Assembly (NCBI GenBank): GCA_039028615.1
Contig: JBCCHT010000003.1
Coordinates: forward strand, 1-64,000
DNA: 64,000 nucleotides
From: Myxococcota bacterium
GTDB taxonomy: Bacteria; Myxococcota_A; Polyangia; Nannocystales; Nannocystaceae
Reading direction: 5' to 3'
Numbering within the stretch: position 1 is the first letter of the stretch; every line of letters starts with the position of its first letter. The notes beneath the pieces are model-generated. The model saw only the letters and a program-made list of their open reading frames with translations. It was not told the DNA's origin and searched no databases. Below, piece by piece: positions 31,624-45,205 of the stretch. A program made the position numbers and the translations under genes.

Positions 31624-32187
31624 CTAGGGATGTTGGATCGCGTCGAGGGTTCGCTGGGCGATCGAGCGGAGCTGCTCGGGGCTCGTGCCGCCTCGGCTCA
31701 TCACCGACAGGCCCTGAAGCGCCGTGCATAGATAGTTCGCGGTGAGCTCGGGGTCCTGCTCGGGGACTCGACCCTCGGCGATGGCCTTGCGGAGCGCGCG
31801 TTCGAAGCCCTCGCGCAGGGACGTGACGTGATGCTCGATGCGCGTGAGGACATCCGGGTCGTCTTCGAGTCCGAGCTCGATGATCGTGTTGACGAAGAAA
31901 CAAGAGCGGTGCTCCGGATCGTAGGGTCCCCCGCCACCGAAGGACTCCACGATCTCCTCCCAGCCTGCCCCTGGGTTCTCCACGGGAGGACGGATGGTCG
32001 CGTACGCATCGAGTGCCTTGAGGAACAGCTCACGTTTGCTTCCGAACGTGTCGTAGAGGCTCTTGCGCCCGATCCCGAGGGCCGTCTCGAGCTCCGACAG
32101 CGACGTGCTTCGGTAGCCGTTGTTCCAGAACACATGCAACGCTCGTTGCAGTGCCTGCTCTGGGTCGAAGTTCTTGGGTCGAACCAT
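31624..32187 (-). CDS. TetR/AcrR family regulator
   Basis: MVRPKNFD...FWNNGYRSTSLSELETALGIGRKSLYDTFGSKRELF. Confidence 0.93.
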   Translation of the reverse strand: MVRPKNFDPEQALQRALHVFWNNGYRSTSLSELETALGIGRKSLYDTFGSKRELFLKALDAYATIRPPVENPGAGWEEIVESFGGGGPYDPEHRSCFFVNTIIELGLEDDPDVLTRIEHHVTSLREGFERALRKAIAEGRVPEQDPELTANYLCTALQGLSVMSRGGTSPEQLRSIAQRTLDAIQHP

Positions 32188-32267
32188 GGAACCGCCGCTC
32201 GATTAGAGTTCACACCGATTGGTCACGAACGGCAATCCGATCCCGTAGCGGGCCCCGCGCATCATCG

Positions 32268-33266
32268 TCAGTCGGTCATTGCGTGGAAGATCATTCGCTT
32301 GCAGTGGCTGTGCGTGAACACGTCGACGCCAGCGAGCTTGCCCTCCCATTTGTCTTCGACCTCTTCCGCGCACATCTCCGACATCCGGTCGAGCCCGAAG
32401 TTCACGGTGACCCAGGTGTTCCGTGATTTGGCCGCTCGCTTGCCGAGCGTGCTGATATCGAGGGATGCGTAGGCGGCCGTGGCACCGTGCTTGATGTCGA
32501 GCACGTACTGCCGTTGGTCGGCCACGTCTTGGTACGACCCCAAGTTCGCGTGGCCACCGATGAAGTAGTCGAAGTCATACTCGAGCAGCGTGTCGTAGAC
32601 CTCGAAGTACGCACCGATGTCTTCGGCGACCGCGAACTCGTGGATGGGAGTCCACTTCGGAAACGCGATGTCGATCATCGTCAGGACCTTCTGCCGAGGC
32701 AGATGGATCGCGATGTTCCCGGGGCTATGGGCGGGCCCGTGATACGCGAGCTCGATGAGTTCGCCCCCGACCTCGAGCGAATATCGTTGATTGAAGGTCA
32801 CCGTTGGTACCGGCCGTGCGGGGTCGTCGTGGGCGGCGAGAATGGATCCGGTGATCTCGTGGGCGATGATCGTCACGTCTCCGAAGATGTTCGCGGCGCC
32901 GATATGGTCGTCGTGGCTATGGGAGTAGATGAGGTGGCTGACGGGCTTGTCCGTGACCTCTCGTATGGCATCGAGGTAGGACTCGCCGATCGAAGGGGGC
33001 GCATCGATGGCCACGACGCTGGTCTCCGTCTCCACGAACATGGTGTTGTGGGACCATCCGGCCAGGAAATAGACTCCATCCGAGAGTTCCTCGAGGTAGT
33101 AGCCTTTGTCGGGATCGACGGGGTGTGCCTTCGAGTCTTCGGGTATCGGCAGATGATAGATGCCCGTCAGGCTCAGAAAGTCGTTGGCGGGCGTGATCAG
33201 GATTGCGACCCAAATGGAGAGGGCCGCGATACCGGCGACGAGGAGTTTGGTGAGGTGCTTTTTCAT
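32268..33266 (-). CDS. Metallo-beta-lactamase-fold hydrolase, exported/anchored
   Basis: IDAP, YSHSHDDH (HxHxDH), AHSPG, ID, GGH; N-terminal hydrophobic helix. Confidence 0.9.
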   Translation of the reverse strand: MKKHLTKLLVAGIAALSIWVAILITPANDFLSLTGIYHLPIPEDSKAHPVDPDKGYYLEELSDGVYFLAGWSHNTMFVETETSVVAIDAPPSIGESYLDAIREVTDKPVSHLIYSHSHDDHIGAANIFGDVTIIAHEITGSILAAHDDPARPVPTVTFNQRYSLEVGGELIELAYHGPAHSPGNIAIHLPRQKVLTMIDIAFPKWTPIHEFAVAEDIGAYFEVYDTLLEYDFDYFIGGHANLGSYQDVADQRQYVLDIKHGATAAYASLDISTLGKRAAKSRNTWVTVNFGLDRMSEMCAEEVEDKWEGKLAGVDVFTHSHCKRMIFHAMTD

Positions 33267-33611
33267 CGGTCGAGATCGCTCGATGCGTCCGGGAGCACAG
33301 GGCGTCCGGGCGCTACGCTTCGCGCGACTGGCAGACCAGGAGCCCTCGTTCAGTCGCGGCAGGAATGATGGTTTTGGGCGCGTGAAGGACGGAGCCAGGC
33401 CGGCTTCGTGCTGTGCGCAGATTCATAATTGACTGATCGGTGTAAAATGGTCAAACGCTTTCGAAACGGAAAGCGCGTCGAGCCCAATCCTCTATTCATG
33501 TGCTCAGGTAGGACCTTGTATGCGCGGTACCGCGCGGCCCGGTTGACCTACCTGAACATTTTTGCGGAAAACTGGACGAGCGCACAGTACTGGTCCAATG
33601 TCCGGTTCGTG

Positions 33612-33893
33612 ATGACGAACTCTCTGGATCGTGACGTTCTTGCCGTTCTGCGGGCCCTTTTCGAGTTGGCCGAGGTCGACATGCCCGCCTCTGCGGCGTT
33701 GGTCGCGGCACTGCTCGGCCTCGAGGATGCGCAGTGTTCTGCGTATATCGCGCAGTTGAAGAACCGCCGGTTGATCCAACGCGATCGCCTCGGCCTGACC
33801 ATGGTCGGCCTGGCATTGGCGCTGGCACTTCCCCCCATCGAGCCGGTCTCCATGAAGCGCCCGCCCGCCGTCGAGCTTCGAACCGCGGCTTGA
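33612..33893 (+). CDS. Small winged-helix-like hypothetical protein
   Basis: VLRALFELAE...AALVAALLGL...IAQLKNRRLI...LGLTMVG pattern; ATG at 33612 inside a longer ORF. Confidence 0.6.
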   Translation: MTNSLDRDVLAVLRALFELAEVDMPASAALVAALLGLEDAQCSAYIAQLKNRRLIQRDRLGLTMVGLALALALPPIEPVSMKRPPAVELRTAA

Positions 33894-34003
33894 ACGTTTT
33901 TCAATAGAAGCCGTTTCTGGGGCGTCTAGAGCTACAGAAATCGATGTAACCAGTGTTCACACCGTAGGGGGTTTTTGTTAGTTTTCGCGCAGAGGACATC
34001 CCA

Positions 34004-35560
34004 TTGACCGACAAGGAGCTCGAAGCCCGTCGCCGTTTGTTTTCCCGCCGTCGCACCCTGCAGGGCGCTGGAGCATTGCTGTCGACCACGGTCGCGTGCA
34101 GTGACGACGACGTGCCTGCGACCGGTGGCAGCGGCGAAGGTTCGTCCAGCTCCGGTGAAGCGCCGGGCAGTACCGGCGAGCCGAGCGGAATGGATACGAC
34201 CGGTGGCAGCACCAGTGGTGTGGCCGGAACTTCGGACGGTGCCGACGGTGCCGACAGCACGGGTGACGAGAGCACGGGCGAGCCCGAAGAGCTGACCCCG
34301 GAGGAGCTGCTCGCCAACGTCGACCACATCATCGTGCTGTGCATGGAGAACCGGTCCTTCGACAACTACTTGGGCTCGCTCCAGCTGCTCGAAGGACACA
34401 AAGACGTCGACGGCCTCGATGGGACCGAGACCAACCCGGATCAGAATGGGGAGCCGGTCGGCGTCTCCGTGCTCAACGACTTCACGCCGCTCGATCCTCC
34501 GCACGGCTGGGGTGACTGCCACAACCAGTGGAACGACGGTGCGCTCGATGGCTTCGTCACCGAGCAGTTCCAGTCCCACGGCGACGCCGTGAAGCACGAA
34601 GTCATGGGCTATCACATCCGCCAGCACCTCCCGGTGACCTACGCGCTGGCCGATGCCTATACCGTCTGCGACGCGTGGTTCTGCTCGCTGCTCGCTCAGA
34701 CCTGGCCCAACCGCTACTACCTGCACTGCGGCGACGGCAGCGGAGGCACCAGCAATGTGCCCGCCACCCCGCTCCCGCAGTCGATCATGGATGCCTGCGA
34801 CGACGCAGGCATCAGCAACATGAACTACTACGACGGCCTCGTGTCCTGGCGCTGGGGGGCCTTCCCCGTGACCGGCTTCTCCAGCACGGCCGGTATGGGC
34901 GAGTTCTTCGACAAGCTGGAAAACGGCGGGCTCGAGCAGGTCGTCATCCTCGATCCCGACTTCCTCAGCAACGACGATCATCCGCCCAACAACATCCAGC
35001 TGGGCCAGGCGCTCATCGGTACCATCTACACCGCGCTCGCCAACTCGCAGTACTGGGAGCGCAGCCTGCTCATCATCACCTACGACGAGCACGGCGGGTT
35101 TTATGACCACGTGCCGCCGCCCACCACCGTGGACGCCAACGGCCCCGACTTCCAGCAGATGGGCTTCCGCGTGCCCACCCTGGTGATCGGGCCGCACGTG
35201 CGCTCGGGTTTCGTCGATCACACCGTGCTCGAGCACTGCTCGTTCGCGGCGACCGTGAGCACGCGCTTTGGCATCCCGCCGCTCAACGATCGGGTCGCGG
35301 CCACGCCTGATGTCTCGAGCTGCATCGATCCCGCGTTCGTCGACGACCCGCAGCCGCCGATTCGGGTGCCGAGCCTGCAGGTCAAGGATTCCGATCTGGA
35401 CGCGGTGGGGACCTTCACGAGCCAGCCGGAGCTGATGGAGGCGATGGGGATCGAGATGCCGCTGACGCCCGAGCGGCGGTCGGAGCATCGCGCGGGGGTC
35501 GAGCGATTGCTCGACGAGGCCGAGCGCCAGGGCGTGGTGAAGCGCGAACGCGGCGTGTAG
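34004..35560 (+). CDS. Phosphoesterase (PLC/AcpA family), Tat lipoprotein
   Basis: SRRRTLQG Tat motif and VA-C lipobox; MENRSFDNYLG, DPPH, TWPNR, DDHP, TYDEHGGFYDHV, GFRVP; TTG start with GAGG RBS. Confidence 0.9.
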   Translation: MTDKELEARRRLFSRRRTLQGAGALLSTTVACSDDDVPATGGSGEGSSSSGEAPGSTGEPSGMDTTGGSTSGVAGTSDGADGADSTGDESTGEPEELTPEELLANVDHIIVLCMENRSFDNYLGSLQLLEGHKDVDGLDGTETNPDQNGEPVGVSVLNDFTPLDPPHGWGDCHNQWNDGALDGFVTEQFQSHGDAVKHEVMGYHIRQHLPVTYALADAYTVCDAWFCSLLAQTWPNRYYLHCGDGSGGTSNVPATPLPQSIMDACDDAGISNMNYYDGLVSWRWGAFPVTGFSSTAGMGEFFDKLENGGLEQVVILDPDFLSNDDHPPNNIQLGQALIGTIYTALANSQYWERSLLIITYDEHGGFYDHVPPPTTVDANGPDFQQMGFRVPTLVIGPHVRSGFVDHTVLEHCSFAATVSTRFGIPPLNDRVAATPDVSSCIDPAFVDDPQPPIRVPSLQVKDSDLDAVGTFTSQPELMEAMGIEMPLTPERRSEHRAGVERLLDEAERQGVVKRERGV

Positions 35561-35572
35561 CTCGCGGCCGAC

Positions 35573-36718
35573 TCAGAGCACGCGGGCGCCTTCGTGCGCC
35601 TGCTCGACATAGGCCCGCGCCTCGCCGCCGAAGCGATCGACGGTGCTGCGGGCGAAGTCGGGGGCGGCCTCCTGCTCGACCAGCGCCACCACGCAGCCGG
35701 CAAAGCCGGCCCCGGTCAGTCGCGCGCCGATGCACGCGGGATGGCTGGCGGCGAGCTCCACCATGCGATCGAGGGCGGGCGCGCTGACGCGGTAGTCGTC
35801 GCGGAGGCTGCGGTGGGCCTGGCCGAGCAGCGCACCCATGCGGGCGTGATCGTCGGTGCTCATCGCTTCGACCATGGCCACGGTGCGGGCGTTTTCCTCG
35901 ACGCCGTGGCGCACGTAGGGATGCAGCGAGGTGGGCAGGCGACGGAGCGCGGCGGGCAGATCGTCGATGTCGCGCAGGGCAGCCACGCCGAGGGTCTGCG
36001 CCGCGGTCTCGCAGGCCTGCCGACGGGCGTTGAACTCGGAGTCGCCCAGCTCGCGGCGGGTGCCGGTATCGAGCACGACCACGGCGAGCGACTCGGGCAA
36101 AGGCTGGGGGGCGACGGCGCCCGAGCGACAGTCGATGAACAGCGCGTGCCCGGCCCGGCCCGCGGCGGAGCAGAGCTGATCCATCAGCCCACAGCGCACG
36201 CCCACGAACTCGGACTCGGCACGCTGGCAGGTGCGGGCGGCGAGCTCGGGGTCCCAGGCCCACCCGGACAACTCGGCGAGGCCGCGGGCGAGGGCCAGCT
36301 CGAGGGCGGCGGAGCTGGACAGGCCCGCCCCGGTGGGCACGGTGGAGGTGATGGCGGCATCGAAGCCGGGGCACTGCACGCCGGCTTGTTGCAGGGCCCA
36401 CACCACGCCGCGCGGATACTTGGTCCAGTCGGCGTGGGAGAGCGGGGCGCCGAGCGAGTCGGTGGTGAAGCTGGCGAATTGCTGAAAGTCGAGGGCGGCG
36501 ATGTTGATCTCGTCGTCGTCACGCGGGGCGATGGCGATGCGAGTGGCCAGCCCCAGCGCGACGGGCAGCACGAAGCCATCGCTATAGTCGGTGTGCTCGC
36601 CGATCAGGTTGACCCGGCCGGGGGCCACGGTGACGAGGGCGGGCGCACGGTCGAAGAGGCCGCGAAAGCCCGCCGTCAGGGCAACCGCGCGGGGATCGTC
36701 GTGGATCGTCATCATCAT
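35573..36718 (-). CDS. galK: Galactokinase
   Basis: APGRVNLIGEHTDY, PTGAGLSSSAALE, CGLMDQ, GARLTGAGFAGC; ATGA overlap with the upstream gene. Confidence 0.95.
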   Translation of the reverse strand: MMMTIHDDPRAVALTAGFRGLFDRAPALVTVAPGRVNLIGEHTDYSDGFVLPVALGLATRIAIAPRDDDEINIAALDFQQFASFTTDSLGAPLSHADWTKYPRGVVWALQQAGVQCPGFDAAITSTVPTGAGLSSSAALELALARGLAELSGWAWDPELAARTCQRAESEFVGVRCGLMDQLCSAAGRAGHALFIDCRSGAVAPQPLPESLAVVVLDTGTRRELGDSEFNARRQACETAAQTLGVAALRDIDDLPAALRRLPTSLHPYVRHGVEENARTVAMVEAMSTDDHARMGALLGQAHRSLRDDYRVSAPALDRMVELAASHPACIGARLTGAGFAGCVVALVEQEAAPDFARSTVDRFGGEARAYVEQAHEGARVL

Positions 36719-37824
36719 GGGCTCGTGAGGCGCTGCGCGACGATCTGCTCGAGTCGCTCGCGGTGGGTGTGAAGGTCGGACCGTGACTTGATGGGGAGGA
36801 AGCGCTCGGCACCGACTTCGATCACCGCGGTGGGCAAGAAGTCGGAGAGCTGACCCACCAGCTGCTCGAACTGGAGCACTGGCCGGGAGCCACCGTCGGC
36901 ATCGATGGTCTTGGGCACGAGGTGCCAGGCCAGCGGCGGTGCGGCCAGCAGCGCGGGCAGCTCGATCCACAGGTTGTTGATCGAGCAATGGGTGAAGGGG
37001 CGCGCAGCGGCGACGGGATCGAGACGAAAATCTTCGATGACCACGGGCCACCCGCGCGGGCCGGCGGCGATGAACGAGCCCACCCGCTCGGCGGGGCGGG
37101 CGATGGCCTCGGCGGTCATGGCTGCACCGCGATCGACCTGCGCGAGGTGAAACCCCAGCAGCACCGGATCGAGGCAGGCCCCGACGTTATCGACATTGGA
37201 CACGAACAGGGTCTGAACCCCGCGCTGCAGCAGCGTTTGACCGAGTCCGGTTTCACGAAGCGCACGGACGAGCGCGCCGTGCCCCGTGCTGGCGCGGGCC
37301 CAGGGCGCATCGGCGGGGGTCAGCGGCTGCCCGTCGGGATCGAGCCGCGGCAGGGTTGGTTGGATGACGCGATGCCGTGCCTGTGGAGCGAGCCCCAGCC
37401 AATCGAGCCGCTGCAGGTGCGCCTCGCTGGGCTCCGCGGTGTGTTCCCCGTGCATGAGCACGACCGGGGTCTGTACGCTAAAGCGGTAGGCGGAGGCCAC
37501 GATGCATGCCAGGAAGCTGGCGTCGGGGCGCTCGGGCACCACGGGGACCACGCCCTTGGCTCCGCCGCCGAAGCGGGTGGCCATGCCTCCGTTGAGCACC
37601 ACGCGGGCCACGCGGCCCGATTGCAGCGCCGACTCGCCACGGCCTGCCCACTGCGCAATTCGGTAGCGAGAGGCCCCTTGCACGGCGACCGGGGGCTCGC
37701 GCGGAGGGTTGACATCGAAGTCGACGAAATTGGCCTGGGGTGGCCGAGCCCCGCCGCGAACCCACGCGCAAAGCCGCTCGAGCAGCTCCGGGTCGCGGGA
37801 CTCGAGCCGGTGGTCACCAGGCAT
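36715..37824 (-). CDS. UTP--sugar-1-phosphate uridylyltransferase (UDPGP/USP family, not GalU or GalT type)
   Basis: LNGGMATRFGGGAKG nucleotide loop, STGHG, FVSNVDN, QFEQL, RFLPIK. Confidence 0.82.
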   Translation of the reverse strand: MPGDHRLESRDPELLERLCAWVRGGARPPQANFVDFDVNPPREPPVAVQGASRYRIAQWAGRGESALQSGRVARVVLNGGMATRFGGGAKGVVPVVPERPDASFLACIVASAYRFSVQTPVVLMHGEHTAEPSEAHLQRLDWLGLAPQARHRVIQPTLPRLDPDGQPLTPADAPWARASTGHGALVRALRETGLGQTLLQRGVQTLFVSNVDNVGACLDPVLLGFHLAQVDRGAAMTAEAIARPAERVGSFIAAGPRGWPVVIEDFRLDPVAAARPFTHCSINNLWIELPALLAAPPLAWHLVPKTIDADGGSRPVLQFEQLVGQLSDFLPTAVIEVGAERFLPIKSRSDLHTHRERLEQIVAQRLTSP

Positions 37825-37881
37825 GAGATACGCTATAGCGGAAGCGTGAGGTGCGTCAAGCCGCAGCCGTCGACCCCCGCT

Positions 37882-40227
37882 CTACAGAGCGGTCTGGGCC
37901 GCGTCGAGGGCGCGGTCGATGGCGCCGAGCAAGAGCGTCGCGTCGAGCTCGTCGAAGGGCAGCGGGGGTTTGATCTTGAGGACGTTGTGGAAGGGGCCAT
38001 CGACGCTGAGCAGGATGCCCGCGGCGCGGCAGTGCTGGACCACTGCGTTCGCCACGTCGTAGGCGGGCTCCTTGCTCGCCCGGTCGCGCACGAGCTCGGC
38101 TCCGATGAACATGCCCATGCCGCGGACGTCCCCGATGACCGGGTGCTTGTCGGCCAGCGCTCGCAGGCCGGCTTGGAGCTGCTTGCCCACGCGCGCCGCC
38201 TGCCGCATCAGCCCATCGCCTTCGATGACGTCGAGCACGGCCAGTCCCACCTTCGACGAGACGGGGTTGCCCCCGAAGGTGTTGAAGTACTCCATGCCGT
38301 TGGCGAACTGGTCGGCGATGGCGCGGGTGGTGATCACCGCAGCCATGGGGTGACCGTTGCCGATGGGCTTGCCCATGGTGACGATGTCGGGCCGGGCCCC
38401 CTGCGCCTCGAAGGCCCACATATGGCTGCCCGCGCGGCCGAAGCCCACCTGGACCTCGTCGGCGATGGCCACTCCGCCCGCCTCGCGCACGAGGTCGAAG
38501 GCCCTCGCCAGGTAGCCGCCGGGCGGCACGACCTGACCGCCGCAGCCGAGCAGGGACTCGGCGAACAGGGCCGCGACGGGTCGCCCCGCGTCGGCGGCTC
38601 GCTGCAGCCCCTCGCCCACGGTCTGTTGGGCGAACTGGGCCCCCTCGATGCCCGCCGCCGAGCGGTAGGGATCGGGCGCCGCGGCCACGTGCACGTGCTC
38701 GGGTCGGCCCGCGCCGCCGCGACCATCGAACTTGTAGGGGCTGAGCTCGACCAGGCTGCTGGTGTGCCCGTGGTAGGCGTGGTCGAGGACCATCACGTCG
38801 CGGCGCTCGGTGGCGGTCCGAGCCATGCGCAGCGCCAGCTCGTTGGCTTCGCTGCCCGTGCACACCAAAAAGCAGACCTCGAGGTGCTTGGGCAGGGTGC
38901 CGAGCAGTCGCTCGACGTAGTCGACGATGGCGTCGTGCAGGTAGCGGGTATTGGTGTTGAGCTCGGCCGCTTGCTGGCTGAGCGCCTGCACGACCTTGGG
39001 GTGCGAGTGCCCCACGTGACACACGTTGTTGACGCAGTCGAGGTAGCCCTGCCCGTGCGCGTCGTACAGGTACTGCATGCGGCCGCGGACGATCTTCAGC
39101 GGCTCTTCGTAGCTGAGGCTGAGGCTCGGGCCGAGGTGACGCCGACGGCCCTGCACCAGCGCCGACGAGCTGCGTCCGTGGGGGATGAGCAGGGGCAGCC
39201 CGCAGCGCTGACGCAGGCGGTCGCGCAGGGTCCGGGGACCGAGCTCACTCAGCCGTCGCAGCAGCGTCCACGCCCCGTCCTCGCTCACGGTGGCGGCCGC
39301 GTTGTCTGGATCAGCGGCCGCGGTCTTGGCCGAGTTGACCACCGACACCGCCAGCCGGGCCCGCGTGGCGTCGTAGAACAGGTCGAGCTCCTCGGCCGTG
39401 AAGGGCACGACGGAGTGGTAGCCCGCGGCGAGCTGAGCGATGGCCTCGATGGGGTCCTTGGGGCGGTGGAAGGCAGCATAGGTCGCGGCGATGACCGCCT
39501 CGAACATGCGCCCGCTCTCCATCAGGTCGCCGAAGTCGAAGAGCCCGCAGACGCGGTCGCCATCGACCAGCACGTTGTAGTCGTTGGCGTCGTTGTGAAT
39601 GATGCCGCGGGGCAGCTGGTCGAGGACGGGCGCGATGCGGGCCTGGAACTGGAGCAGCGCGTGGTCGACCCAGGCGCGGCGTCGAGGGTCGGTGATCAGA
39701 TCGAGGTGATCGACGATCCACGCCGAGCGAGCCAGGTCCCAGGGCAGGGGCCGGTTTTGGGCGGGGTGCTCGACTCCGGCCAGCACTTGGTCGACGCGGC
39801 CCAGGCCCTGGCCGAAGTTGCGCAGCAGGGCATCCGAGGGCGTGCCCGCGTCGGCGAGCAGGGTGCCCTCGAGGTAGTCGACCAGGCGCACGACGTGGCG
39901 CAAGCCCGTGCTGCTCTCGACCTCGGCCAGCGGCTTGCCGCGGCTGCGAAACACGGCCGGGGTCTCCAGCTCCAGCTGTGCGTGGGCCAGCGCGTCCATG
40001 GCCACGCACTCGAATTCCATCTCGGCATGGTCCGTCTGATCGTTGGCGATCTTCAGGACCCAGCGCCGGGTGTGACTGCTGTCGCCGCCCGTCTCGGCTT
40101 CGATCAGAAAGTTCCGATCGATATAGCTGGGCAGCGGCGACGCCGAACCTTCGACGCCGAAGTGGCGACGCACGATCTCTTCCGCATCGCGTGGCGAAAA
40201 CGTGGGGAGAACGAAGTGGTCAGTCAC
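37882..40227 (-). CDS. Fused APH-like kinase + class-III PLP enzyme (hydroxylysine kinase / phospho-lyase type)
   Basis: Kinase: YIDRNF, VLKIAN, IHNDANDYN, DFGD. PLP domain: YLDCVNNVCHVGH, GSEANELALR, AYHG, DEVQVGFGR, TMGKPIGNG, YFNTFGGNP. Confidence 0.9.
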   Translation of the reverse strand: MTDHFVLPTFSPRDAEEIVRRHFGVEGSASPLPSYIDRNFLIEAETGGDSSHTRRWVLKIANDQTDHAEMEFECVAMDALAHAQLELETPAVFRSRGKPLAEVESSTGLRHVVRLVDYLEGTLLADAGTPSDALLRNFGQGLGRVDQVLAGVEHPAQNRPLPWDLARSAWIVDHLDLITDPRRRAWVDHALLQFQARIAPVLDQLPRGIIHNDANDYNVLVDGDRVCGLFDFGDLMESGRMFEAVIAATYAAFHRPKDPIEAIAQLAAGYHSVVPFTAEELDLFYDATRARLAVSVVNSAKTAAADPDNAAATVSEDGAWTLLRRLSELGPRTLRDRLRQRCGLPLLIPHGRSSSALVQGRRRHLGPSLSLSYEEPLKIVRGRMQYLYDAHGQGYLDCVNNVCHVGHSHPKVVQALSQQAAELNTNTRYLHDAIVDYVERLLGTLPKHLEVCFLVCTGSEANELALRMARTATERRDVMVLDHAYHGHTSSLVELSPYKFDGRGGAGRPEHVHVAAAPDPYRSAAGIEGAQFAQQTVGEGLQRAADAGRPVAALFAESLLGCGGQVVPPGGYLARAFDLVREAGGVAIADEVQVGFGRAGSHMWAFEAQGARPDIVTMGKPIGNGHPMAAVITTRAIADQFANGMEYFNTFGGNPVSSKVGLAVLDVIEGDGLMRQAARVGKQLQAGLRALADKHPVIGDVRGMGMFIGAELVRDRASKEPAYDVANAVVQHCRAAGILLSVDGPFHNVLKIKPPLPFDELDATLLLGAIDRALDAAQTAL

Positions 40228-40241
40228 GGCCTCACCTCTAG

Positions 40242-43579
<3,338 letters not shown>

Positions 43580-43580
<1 letters not shown>

Positions 43581-45112
43581 TGGAACTGGGTACGCTCGAT
43601 CTGGTCACCTTTGTGGCCTTCGTCGCCGTGGTGGTGATCGTCTCGCTGTGGGCGTCGCGCAGCGAGGGCTCGGCCGAGGGCTACTTCTTGGCCGGCCGCG
43701 GCCTGAGCTGGAGCTTCATCGGCCTGTCGCTCATTGCCTCGAACATCTCCACCGAGCAGTTCGTGGGCATGGCGAGCGCCGGCTTCGGCGAGATGGGCCT
43801 GGCGGTGGCCGCCTACGAGTGGATCGCCGCCGTCACCCTTGTGTTCGTGGCCCTGGTACTGCTGCCTCGGTTCCTGCGCTCGGGTATCTACACCATCCCC
43901 GAGTACCTCGCGCTGCGCTACGACGAGCGGGCTCGCCTGGTCATGAGCCTGCTGATGCTCGTGATGTACGCCTTCGTCGCGCTCGCCTCCATCCTCTACT
44001 CGGGTGCGCTGGGGCTACGGGCGATCTTCGGCCTCGACCTGCCCCTCGGGGTGTGGATGCTGGGGATCTTGGCCGCGGTCTACACCGTCTATGGCGGTTT
44101 GAAGGCGGTGGTGTGGTCCGACCTCATTCAGGGCATCGCGCTGCTCGTGGGCGGGGCCTTGGTGGCCTGGCTGGCTCTCGACGCGGTGGGCGGACTCGAT
44201 GCCTTCATGGCGCGCTCGGGCGAAAAGCTGCACCTGGTGCTGCCCGCCGACCACCCGGAGCTGCCGTGGACGGCGCTGCTGCTCGGCATCTGGATCCCCA
44301 ACCTGTTTTACTGGGGGCTCAATCAGTTCATCACACAGCGGACCTTGGGCGCACAGAGCCTGGCCGAGGGCCAGCGCGGCGTCATCTTGGCCGCGGTCAT
44401 CAAGCTGTTCATCCCCTTCATCGTGGTGTTCCCCGGCATCGTGGCCTACCAGCTCTATGCCTCGGAGATCGGCTCCCCCGATCAGGCCTATCCCGTGTTG
44501 GTGACCCACCTGCTGCCCGCCGGGCTGCGGGGCTTCATGCTCGCCGCGCTGTTCGGGGCGATCATGAGCAGCCTCGACTCGCTGCTCAACTCGGCCTCCA
44601 CCATCTTCACCATGGACGTCTATCGTCGTCACTGGGGCTCGCAGGCGACCACCGCCCAGCTGGTCTCGGTGGGGCGCTGGGCCACGGGCGGCCTGGTGGT
44701 GTTCGGGTGCCTGGTCGCGCCTCACCTCGACGATCCGCGCTTGGGCGGCATCTTCAAGTACATCCAGATGTTCCAGGGCTTCATCTCGCCCGGCATCGTG
44801 GTGGTGTTCATCTTCGCGTTGGTGGTGCCCCGGGCTTCGGCCGCGGCCGCCTTGGTCGGCCTGCTCGGCAACATCCCCGTCTATGGCTTGTTGCTGTGGC
44901 TGCTGCCCGACGTCGCGTTCCTCAACCACATGGCCTTCACCGCGGTGGCCCTGGCGGTGGCGATGTTGCTGGTGACGTGGTGGCGGCCGGGCCCGGTGCG
45001 AACACCCGACGAGGTCGAGCCGGCGGTGAGCATGGAGACCAGCCGCGGCAGCGCGATCGGTGGGGCCGTGGTGGTCGTCGCCGTCGTGGCGCTGTACGCC
45101 CTGCTGTGGTGA
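43580..45112 (+). CDS. Sodium:solute symporter (SSS/SGLT, vSGLT-like sugar transporter)
   Basis: YFLAGR, SLIASNISTEQFVGM, YGGLKAVVWSD, YWGLNQFITQR, AIMSSLDS; TGATG overlap with lacZ. Confidence 0.93.
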
Positions 45113-45205
45113 ATTCGAGCCGTAGCGGGCCATGACCAGGATCGGGCCGGGCGACTTCGTCGGCCGAGTGTTACATGAGCTCGGTCGGCGACGTCTTGAC
45201 GGCCA

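Noticed and set aside
33448..33520. GAAA-containing hairpin (CGCTTTC...GAAAGCG) loosely reminiscent of a c-di-GMP-I riboswitch
   Set aside because: The conserved GCAAA junction and second stem/receptor are not recognisable; an Rfam scan would be needed
33429..33611. N-terminal 61 codons of the 154-aa ORF
   Set aside because: AT-richer, promoter-like sequence; the protein-like region begins at ATG 33612
35573..37824. Possible galK-pyrophosphorylase fusion or frameshift (the galK ORF extends to 37051)
   Set aside because: The two genes are in different frames with a clean ATGA stop/start overlap; the extension is low-complexity shadow sequence
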